A DNA stretch of 64,000 nucleotides. Origin: Octopus vulgaris (Eukaryota). Numbering within the stretch: the stretch's first letter is position 1; each line of letters opens with the position of its first letter. Positions 53,432-64,000 of the stretch are shown here, one piece after another. Location of the stretch: NCBI GenBank assembly GCA_951406725.2, contig OX597820.1, forward strand, positions 103,292,001-103,356,000. The letters are read 5' to 3'. The notes under the pieces are model-generated. The model was given only the letters and a program-made list of their open reading frames with translations, had not been told where the DNA came from and did not search any database. Made by a program: the position numbers and the translations under genes.

Positions 53432-53496
53432 CAGATAGATAGATAGACTGCGTGAAAATGGAATAAAAAATGTGATACATTCTTGAAGATGTAACA

Positions 53497-53656
53497 AGGA
53501 GTGGCTGTGTGGTAAGTAGCTTGCTAACCAACCACATTGTTCCGGGTTCAGTCCCACTGCGTGGCATCTTGGGCAAGTGTCTTCTGCTATATCCTCGGGC
53601 CGACCAATGCCTTGTGAGTGGATTTGGTAGACGGAAACTGAAAGAAGCCTGTCGTA

Positions 53657-53730
<74 letters not shown>

Positions 53731-53955
53731 GTGTGTGTTTGCGTGTCTGTGTTTGTCCCCCTAGCATTGCTTGACAACCGATGCTGGTGTGTTTCGGTCC
53801 CCGTAACTTAGCGGTTCGGCAAAAGAGACCGATAGAATAAGTACTGGGCTTAAAAAGAATAAGATCCGGGGTCGATTTGCTCGATTAAAGGCGGTGCTCC
53901 AGCATGGCCGCAGTCAGATGACTGAAACAAGTAAAAGAGTAAAGAGTAAAGAGTA
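53497..53955 (+). mobile_element. CORE-type SINE (family B), full length
   Basis: A box gtggctgtgtggt, B box gggttcagtccc, CORE-like cttgggcaagtgtcttc, internal (TA)n and an (AAAGAGT)n tail. Diverged copies lie at 54948-55490 and 58160-58595. Confidence 0.9.
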
Positions 53956-54139
53956 ATGGGTGTATTTGTCAACAAGATCTCAAAATACACATATTCAATA
54001 AATACTAAATATAATGATTTTATGTTTCCCCATTACTTTTTCATGCACATTTTACTTAAGAAGCAACAGCGCTGTAGTATGTGCTTAGGAAAAATTCAGA
54101 ATTTAATTCAAGCAGTTTATGATAACAACAATGATAATA

Positions 54140-54680
54140 AGCAGTGGCTCTCATGGCTTCTCATCTTAACTGATTGGAAGTGTTATCATGTACATTATTT
54201 TGTCTTGGTATAAAAGATGGGCTACAACAAATATTCTGCTCAATACCACAGATTTGCTTGTCAGTTGTTTGACCTTAACCAGTTGAGCATGTCCCTTAGT
54301 GGCTGCCGATATGTGCATCTCTGATGACGAGCAGAAATAGTGGTGAAGCATCACAGCCATGTGTTGAGAGGAAATCTTTGGGGGTTTGGATAATTCACCT
54401 TTGGAAACATGGGTGTTTCGTTCAACATCCTTAAACAACCCTTATTCAAGGGCCTTTTGAGTGGGATGGGCTACTCAACCTGAAGAAAATTCTAACTGAG
54501 TCCCACCTGTAAGGTCATGCGCTGTTTATCTTGATATGAGATTACCATGTCCCGCACATATGGCTGTGATGCATGTGCCTGGTGAACCATTATCAGACGG
54601 GTAGTCATGATGGGTATACTGGGCTTCGTATATTTTACTCCAGTGTCACTTTTGATGGCATGCACTGCTCTCTCACTCAA
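54140..54680 (+). mobile_element. Interspersed repeat ending in (AAT)n, probably the 3' part of a retroelement
   Basis: Reverse copy at 15490-15660; a terminal fragment of ~23 bp at 31518-31540 also ends ctctctcactcaataataat. Confidence 0.6.
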
Positions 54681-54709
54681 TCATAATAATAATAATAATG
54701 ATGATGATG

Positions 54710-54789
<80 letters not shown>

Positions 54790-55841
54790 TGTTTCTGTTA
54801 AAAGCACAAGGCCTGAAATTTTAGGGGGTGGCTAGTCGATTATATCGACACTAGTGATTGTCTAGTACTTATTTTATCGATCCCAAAAGGATGAAAGGTG
54901 ATGTTGATCTCAGCGGAATTTGAACTCGAACGTAATACATAAATATATAGGCGAAAGCGTAGCTGTATGGTTGCTTCCCAACCACGTGATCTTGGGTTCA
55001 ACCCCACTGCGCGAGATCCAAGGGAATGAAGCCAAGACCACACAGTCTTCTGCTATGACCTCCGAATGACCAAAGCTTTACAAGTGGATTTTGTAGGTGG
55101 AAACTGTAAGAAGCCTGCCGTGTGTGTGTGTGTGTGCGTGTGTGTGTGTGTGTGCGTGTGTGTGTATATACATATACATATATATATATATATACGGTGA
55201 GAGAGAGAGAGAGAAAGACAGACAGACAGACAGAGACAGAGAAATAAATAGATAAATAGTTATCTGTGTGTGCTTTTGTGTTGCGTTTCTCTTCCATACC
55301 ACTTGACAACCGCTGTTGGTTTGCTTACGTCCCCATAACTTAGTGGTTTCGCAAAAGAGATCGGATAGAATAGGTTCCGGGCTTTAAAAGCAATACGTTC
55401 TGGGGTCAATTTGCTCGACTAAACCCTTGAAAGCGATGCTTCTATGTGGTTGGAGTCCAATGACTGAAACATGTAAAAGATAGAAGATAAACGATATGGT
55501 ATTGCCTAAGTGTCCGTTTGGTAGAATTTGCGCAAAGTCAAGGGACTGTCATACATTAGACGAGTACAGGTTGTGCCCATGAGAATATAAGGCTTATTGG
55601 CAGAGACGCTCCAAGTTCAAATTCCGTCTGAGACGTTTTGATCAGAGTCGATATCAGTCGATATCAGTCAAGTGTGGAAGATTGGCTGAATTTTCTGAGT
55701 GTCGGGCAGAGTGTCTTGCGGTTTCTGCCACACTCATTGCTGTCTAATAGTAGCGATCATGGCGTCACTGGTGCCAAGGTGTATCGAGTCAACACGTAAA
55801 CTTTCCTTTGGACAACATCAGTCGTGTGGAGTAGGGAACCT

Positions 55842-55874
<33 letters not shown>

Positions 55875-55936
55875 CTATCAGTCTTATCCCGAATAAACCT
55901 TGCCCATGACAACATATTTGGATGAGGGTACATGGT

Positions 55937-56170
55937 GAAGGCGGCGAGCTGGCAGAAAGGTTAGCACGCCGGGCGAAATTAGTAGCCGTATTTCGTACGC
56001 CGCTACGTTCTGAGTTCAAATTCCGCCGAGGTTGACTTTGCCTTTCATCCTTTCAGGGTGGATTAAATAAGTTCCAGTTACGCACTGGGGTCGATATAAT
56101 CGACTTAATCCGTTTGTCTGTCCTTGTTTGTCCACTCTGTGTTTAGCCCCTTGTTGGTAGTAAAGAAATA
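55937..56170 (+). mobile_element. Full-length family A SINE with TSD
   Basis: GGTACATGGT at 55927-55936 and 56171-56180. Confidence 0.9.
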
Positions 56171-56422
56171 GGTACATGGTTAAGCTTAACCGCCAGAGGC
56201 CTTAGTGCACACACACACACACATACATAGGGAAGGTATCCAGCCCTCGAAATCAAGCCAAATGACATGTAGGAGCACCTGGTCCTTGCGAGTTGCTGCT
56301 TCAACTAGGGGGCGACTGTAACCGTAATGACTCGTCCAACTCAAGCTAGCATGGAAAGCGGGCGTAAAATGATGATGATGATGATGATGATGATGATGCA
56401 TATATACCTACACATACATACA

Positions 56423-56725
56423 CGGAGGCACCTGCCTAGTGGCTAGAGCAGCGGAATCGCTGTTGAGGGATCACGCGTTCGAATCTTAGACCGGGCGACG
56501 TGTGTGTTTATGAGCGAAACACCTAATCTCCACGCGGCTCCGGCAGAAGGTAATGGCGAACTTCTGCTGGCTCTTTCACTACAACTTTCTCTTATTCTTT
56601 CCTCGTGCATCTAGCAGCTCACCTGCGACAGACCGGCATCCCATTCAGGTGGAGAACCTATACGCCAATGAAACCGGGAAACCGGCTCTTATGAGCCAGG
56701 CATAGCTCGAGAAGGAACAAACTAC
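56423..56725 (+). mobile_element. SINE family C variant (M2 + T1)
   Basis: tRNA head with B box gttcgaatc; modules shared with the copies at 27170 and 27543. Confidence 0.75.
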
Positions 56726-56747
56726 AAACAACAACATACACACACAC

Positions 56748-56793
<46 letters not shown>

Positions 56794-56842
56794 ATAAATA
56801 CGTGTGTATATATATGTGTGTGTGCATATATATATATGTGTA

Positions 56843-56876
<34 letters not shown>

Positions 56877-57089
56877 CATCTCACACATGCATATGTATAT
56901 TTACACACACGTGCTTTCAGACTGCCCATGCAATAATTGTAATATCAACGGAAATGTGTGCGCGGCTGAGGATCATTGGTAACCAACCTATTGCGTCAGT
57001 CTACAAATAGGTTTCGTGGTAGCTCTCTAATCATGCTTTCTCTTCAGTTACTATGCAATATTTTGTAACGCTCTGGCTGAACGGCTCTA

Positions 57090-57560
57090 TCATTATTAGA
57101 TGGCCGACAAATTCAAGAAAAGTTCATCAAATTTGTAACTCTTGAATGTTTCGTCAGTTGAACATTCTATTGGTCCAACGCAAGTATCTGTTCAAGATGA
57201 TGAACGCTCTGTCATCTGCCAAACGACAGACAGTGAATGTGGAAAAGGAACTTCAACTCATTTTTGATCTTGTCTATCGCCGAACGATCTGTCAACTCTT
57301 TCATGTGCTCGGAATCAGTTGTGGAGTTTAGCAAGAGATTCCCACAGAAACCTGAATATGTCTTGCGCTGCTACGGCATTTGTCCCCCAGCTTTTTGACA
57401 TCCGTTGAAACCAGCGCTGTTTTGAAGGGATTGTTTGAGCTTCGTGAAAAGCGTAACGAAGATTCATACTACTACTAAAAAAAAATGGATCGGAATCACA
57501 TGGGTTCCCTAACTGTACTAAAAAGTACATAAATCATTCTTTTTTCATTTTCCATAGACT
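57090..57560 (+). pseudogene. Mariner transposase remnant
   Basis: SVQDDERS, NVEK..QLI..VYRRTICQL..VLGISCG and AFVPQLLT (WVPxxL-like). Confidence 0.7.
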
Positions 57561-57611
57561 GTATGAATATAGAATAAGTACAACAGCTCTTCACTTTGGC
57601 GTATGCATATG

Positions 57612-57643
<32 letters not shown>

Positions 57644-57658
57644 TATATATATATATAC

Positions 57659-57731
<73 letters not shown>

Positions 57732-59109
57732 CACATACACACATACAGAGTGGTTACGAACCTTGCTTTGTATCATGTGCCCCCTCCCCCAACAGTTCGA
57801 TCCCAGTTTCGTACCGTCTTGGCATCTTGGGGTCCTATCTTTTACGCTACTCGTCGATCAATGCAAACCTTGGGAATGAAAATATCAAAATGGGTAGACG
57901 GAAACTGTTTGGAATCGCAACAAATGGAATCTACGCGGAATTTTAAAGTTCGGCCTTGTCACACTCTATGTTACACTAATTTCTATTTGAGAATTATATT
58001 AAGGGTACACATGTCGGTGGTATACACTATGAATAAATAATACAGTTGATCCAAAATTGAAGACACCCATCATTGAAATCGACGAAGCATGAACATTTAA
58101 TAATCTATAAACATTAAATTATTGAAGTGTGTGTGTGAGTGTATATATATATATATATATATCCTATTTCAGTCATTGAACTGTAGTCACTCTGACGCTC
58201 TGCTTTGCAGTGTTTAATGAAATAAGTCGATTCCAGAACATTAATTTTTTAAAAGTCTAGTACTTTTATCGGTATCTCTTGAAGAGCAACTAAGTTACGG
58301 GGACGCAAACAAACCAGCACCGGTTGGCAAGTGGTGTGCAAGGACAAATAGACTAACACAGACGCGCATATACGCGCACGCACGCACGCACGCACACACA
58401 TACACTCACACACACACAGAGATACGACGGATTCTGCACAGTTTCCGTCAACCAAATACATTCACAAGGTATTGGTCGGGTCGGGGTCATAATAGAAGAC
58501 AGTTGCCCAAGGTACCGCAAGAGTGACGCAACCCGAAACCACGTGGCTTCGGGTTCCTTAACTAAGTTAGCTTCTTAACCAAAACCCCATGCCTCATGGA
58601 TCGCTTGTCGTTCGACGATGAGGATTTAGTTGTTACCGCAACAGAATTGCCTGCTCCTCAATAAACGTAGCAGTAGCTAAGCGTCCCACAGACACGCGTA
58701 CCCTTAAACGAAATTCACAGGTACGATCAGCATGACGTAATGTCTGTGGACAAGACTGTATCTTTTGAATTACTAGCACAATTCGCCTGATAGGCATCTA
58801 TATAGTTTCCGGTTTTCCAGTTTTACTCTCAAGGCATTGATCGACACTGGGCTATAGAAAATGACATCTGCACAAGGTACCACGCAGTGTGGTTGAACAC
58901 GGTACTTGGTGGTTCCGAAGTCAGCAGTATATATATACAAAATGGGACAAGAATGCAAAACATCCAGGCAGTTAGGTGATACAAAAAAGGGACAACAAAA
59001 CATCCAGATAGACGATACAAAGAAAACGAGGACGGTCATTCGGAGTTTTCTTTCTTCAGTCGAGTTCCAGATTATCTTTGCAATTTCGGCTGGTAATACT
59101 CGAGAAAGA

Positions 59110-59149
<40 letters not shown>

Positions 59150-59449
59150 AAGAGTAAGAGAGTGAGAGAGGGAAAGAAAGAGAGAGAGGATGGATTAGAT
59201 TGAACAAGAGGAGACACGTGGGATAACGAACCACTGAAGAGGTCACAGGATGTGTGAAAAAACAATAACAATAAAGCAGAAGTAACGATCAAATGTAAAG
59301 TGCATGCGTTTAATTGACAATAATATGACCACCCCCTAGTATAACAATATATATATATATATATATATGAAATCATAAACTTTTAACGAAAGGTCCCACG
59401 CACATACACACACACTCGCGTATTACAGAAGCATTCCTGTGTGTGCATG

Positions 59450-59499
<50 letters not shown>

Positions 59500-59502
<3 letters not shown>

Positions 59503-59810
59503 GCACTCCGTCGGCTACGACAACGAGTGTTCCAATTGATCCGATCAACGGAACAGCCTGCTTGTGAAATTAACGGGCACGTGTCTGAGCACTACACAAA
59601 AACACGTGTTCTCTTAACGTAGTTGTAAGGGGGATTCAGTATTACACAGAACGTGACAAGACTGGTACTTTGAGTTGTAGGTACAACTCATTTTTGCCAG
59701 CTGAGTGAAGTGAAGTAACGTTAGGTAAAGTGTCTTGCTTAAGGGCACAACGCGCCACCAGAAATAGAACTCAAGTGGGCCTAATAGCCTAACCACTAAT
59801 CCACGTACCT
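59500..59810 (-). mobile_element. SINE family C variant (M1 + T2)
   Basis: The M1 segment ctcagctggcaaaaatgagt is joined to the tail shared with 27543. Confidence 0.7.
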
Positions 59811-59893
59811 TCACACACACTTACACGCGCGCAAACACACACACACTCACAATACACAAAAGCATAGCTAGCTAGATAGGTAGAGAGACAGAC

Positions 59894-60008
<115 letters not shown>

Positions 60009-60196
60009 CAGATAAATAGAAAGGCAGACAGACAAACAGACAGATAGATAGATAGACAGACAGAGACAGACAGATAAATACAAAAGACAGACAGACAAAT
60101 AGATAGATAAATATATGTAGATAGATAGATAGACAGACATACAGACAGATAGATAGATAGATAGATATATAGATATATAGATAGATAGATAGATAT

Positions 60197-60263
<67 letters not shown>

Positions 60264-60282
60264 TAATCCAAGGTTAACTCAC

Positions 60283-60388
60283 CGCAGTCAGCGAAGCGAA
60301 GCACGGACCTCTCTTGTCTTCTCTTTCCAGCAAAAGTTTTATTTAGTTCCAGCAGAAGGAGGATAAATAAAGTGACGAAACTTTTCAT
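60283..60388 (-). CDS. GM2A: GM2 activator-like (ML domain) protein, coding exon 1 (signal peptide)
   Basis: caccATG context. Encodes MKSFVTLFILLLLELNKTFAGKRRQERSVLRFADC+G, with a hydrophobic signal peptide and the first conserved Cys. GTGAGT donor at 60282, phase 1, matches exon 2. A possible upstream acceptor AG at 60407-60406 implies a non-coding first exon. Confidence 0.88.
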
Positions 60389-60433
60389 GGTGATGTAAGT
60401 CAGCACTAATTAATACAATACGAGATAAATAGG

Positions 60434-60535
<102 letters not shown>

Positions 60536-61009
60536 AGTAACCTGGTAGATAAATAAACCGGTAAATCGATCGATTATGAATCTGATAGATACACCTTACT
60601 CTGGCCAAATATATTTAACTTTTCTCTTTCCTTAAACTTTCTTCTCAAATCTCCTCCGCCGCAGCAACCGGTGCAGCTTCCACCGTAAGCTGCTACTGCT
60701 GCTGCTGCTGTTGTTGTTGTTGTTATACACCCTTGCCCTGTTGTTGCCGTTGTTGTTGTGGTGGAAGTGGCTTAATCAGTTGTTGCTTTATGAATCGGGG
60801 TGGTGGTATATTTGTTTTATTGTTGTTCTTCACATTCTCCTTCACGTGGTGGTGGTGGTGGTGGTGATGATGGTGGTGGCGACGTACTGTAAGTGAATCG
60901 GAGTAGTAGCTGTAGTGCTGGTGTGAGCTGTAGTGCTGGTGGAGGTAGTGGTGACGCAGTTTATTATGTATTTAATTAATATTGTCGCCGTAACTAGTGC
61001 ACGTTGTTG

Positions 61010-62250
61010 TTGTTGTTGTAGCAGTTGTTATTTTAGCCTCAGTGCTGTAACAATGACCAAAATGTGACAAGGGATCAAACTGACAGACCCCTAAGACAAA
61101 AGACGTCCTAACCGCGACCACTCGGACTTTCATTCATATGCTAGTATAGTTTAAGACTTCGTTAGCCTTTATATATCTCTCCTTTTCTTCCCTTTTTTCT
61201 CTTTTTTGTTTGTTAGAAAATAAAGTGTTTTCCGAGAGATTTAGCTGTTATTTCTAGCAGGTCAAGAAACTACGTAGAGGCACCTTCGTTAGTTCGTGTT
61301 GTTTGTTATAATTCTTGATGTCAGTTAGCTATTATTGTTTCGCTTTTGCCGTAAATTGTTTTTCTTACCACTGATATAACCTCCTTATGCAAATGTTACA
61401 ATTAACGTAGTTTTTAACCCCTTAATTATTGATATAGTAAATGTAGTAATAATTTCTCCTTTCTTCAGATACTCGTGTGTGTGGTTGTTATTGTTGTTGC
61501 TGTTGTCGAGCCCCATGTCAGACTTGACTGAACAGGTTTATGAACAAATGTATTCTAGGCATCCTTGTTTTCTTTTTTTCTCTTACCCCCTTCTTTCAAA
61601 TATACTGACTTCATCCGAAATATTCCACTTTTCCCAAGAGAGATATCAAAGAGTGATTTAAAGTAGATTAGGTTACTGTTTCGAGCAGCTTCAGTGACCG
61701 GCACCTTCCCAGCAGCCTGGTGGTATTTACACTGTTATTGATATTGTCATTATAATTATTTCAAGCTTAATAACAGCAGCAGCAGCAGCAGCCGAAGTAG
61801 TATTACCAATCGTTGTTGACGTTATTGTTGTAATACAAGTCACAGAGTTTTTTTTTATATTACTAATTGCTGTTGTTACCTAATAACAATAAGAGTTATT
61901 GTAATAGTGCTATTAGTTCTATTATTATTATTGTTAGTTGTTTCTACTACAACGCTTCTAGTAGTAGTAGTAGTAGTAGTAGTATGTTACAAGTGTTCGC
62001 TGCTGATGCTGTTCGTTGTTGTTGTTGTTGTTGTTGTTGTTGCTTAGCCCCCGGGTCAGTCCGGACCGAGTAGATCTATTATGATCAAAGACAATCCATT
62101 CATGATCATTCCATCTTATTTTCAGATAATAGCCGTGATATTATCCAAAAAATAAAAAAGCAAAAAAAAAACGTGTCCTTTTTTCCTTTCTATATCAAGA
62201 CAGAGGTGTGGTTGTGAAAGGAATTTGGTTGCTATTTCTAGCAAGGTAGC
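61010..62250 (-). mobile_element. Three diverged copies of an old SINE-like repeat (family D) with (CAA)n tail
   Basis: gacctatgatcaaag ... gatttggctgctatttctagcagg motifs; also at 39085-39280, 43495-43680 and 63330-63410. Confidence 0.55.
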
Positions 62251-62679
62251 AGGGTCGTACAATGTGATTTTGTCGGTGTTGTTGCTGCTGAAGTTGTAAT
62301 ATATAATATATGATTGTTGTAGTTGTTGTTGTTATTGACGTTTCTATTTGATTTGATGACGGCTTTAACCAAAGTGATGTCTTAAGTTTGTTATTGCAGT
62401 TAATGTCATCGCCTTATTTATATATATATTGACTTACTTCTCCCCCACCTCCTCTTTCCCCTCTTTCCCCCACCCCTAACTAACAACCACACCCAACCAT
62501 CCGTCCACCCAACATACTCCCTTTCACACCCAGAACTCTATTCTTCACCACTTCCACTACCTCGCACCTACCATTTCCCTCGATCACATCTTCAGCCACC
62601 ACCTTTTTTTCCTGAACATAAACTCACACACACGCGCGCATACATGCATTCATACATACATATGCATGTCTATATATAC

Positions 62680-62715
<36 letters not shown>

Positions 62716-62822
62716 TTATAGATAAATATACACATGCGCGTGTATGTATATGTAACTGTATATCATATATTCATATGTGTGTATATATAAGTACATATAA
62801 ATGCGCATGTGTTTTTTCTATG

Positions 62823-62945
<123 letters not shown>

Positions 62946-62986
62946 GTGTGTGTGTGTATATATATTACTTTATACCTTTTTCTATT

Positions 62987-63035
<49 letters not shown>

Positions 63036-63886
63036 ACATGTATGTATGTATAATATATATAATTATACACGCACACGTAGTCACACATCTCTTCTTTCTC
63101 GACATTCCTCTCACTCTCTTTCCGCTCTTTATCTTCTTTTCCTTTTTTTCTCCCCCCCCCCATATCTATGCCCCCTCCTTCTCTCTCTCTCTCGAACCAA
63201 CCATGCGACATGCTGGAAAGTGCAGTCAAATTTCTTTGAAACCACATCTTACTGTCCCGGACTTACAAAAAGGTATTGCGTTTGATAAAATATAACCGGG
63301 TTCTCTTCATTTAGAAAGAAAGAAAAAAGACAGAGTGGTCACGGATGGAGTACCTCTGATGGTAGGGCTGGTCATTCAGGGCTAAACTTGCGCCTAAACA
63401 ACAACAACAACCTTGTCCACCTTTCTGTTTTTCTTAGTTTATTTTTCAGCAAACCATTCAACTATTAATTCCCACTCTCTCTCTCTTTCTCTCTCTTTCT
63501 CCCTCTCTCTCTCTCTCTCTTCATTTATCTGTCCGTCTGTCTGTCTCTCTGTCTATTCATCTATCTCCATTTCTTTCAATTTCTTTTAATTTCTCTTTCT
63601 CTGTCTGTACATCTGTCTGTCTGTCTGTCTGTCTCTCTCCCTCTCTCTCTCTCTCTCTCTGCTTCTCTCTCCTTAACCCTCTAATTCTCAGCATCTCTAT
63701 TAACACCCAACACATCCTCTAATTCTCTCTATCTCATTCCAACATATTCTCTCTTTCTCCTTCTCTTTCTCTCAACCCATTAACAATCTCTATTGTCATA
63801 CCCTCCTATGTCTCTCTTTCTCACTCTCTCTGATTTTTTCTCTCTCTCTTTCTCAACGCCAACCACTACCTCTCTACTTCACATTA

Positions 63887-63985
<99 letters not shown>

Positions 63986-64000
63986 TTATATATATATATA

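Noticed and set aside
54318-54350. CTGATGAcgagcaGAAA
   Set aside because: No stem II is possible, and the second copy at ~15540 does not keep the GAAA box.

Overview
AT-rich, microsatellite-dense animal genomic DNA. The SINE repertoire suggests a coleoid cephalopod, most likely Octopus (inference). One host gene spans most of the window on the minus strand: a four-coding-exon GM2-activator (GM2A/ML-domain) homologue. Its exons are 60388-60283, 29873-29669, 21268-21094 and 10959-10846, giving 600 nt (199 aa) with all introns GT-AG and phases matching. The protein is unusually cationic. The rest is transposon debris: several Penelope-like elements (GIY-YIG remnants and pLTRs with hammerhead ribozymes), a Gypsy integrase relic, a Tx1/L1 LINE relic, a restriction-like-endonuclease LINE sitting in (ACAT)n, Tigger/pogo, mariner, hAT and Helentron-like elements, and dozens of tRNA-derived SINEs. 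Most ORFs in the supplied track are microsatellite artefacts. The most notable signals are (i) a ~190-bp repeat family carrying a hammerhead-like motif with a non-canonical CUGUNGA core, present in tandem and inverted copies inside a host intron, and (ii) recurrent fold-back mini-elements built from Penelope pLTR ends, one with an intact hammerhead and an 11-bp target-site duplication.
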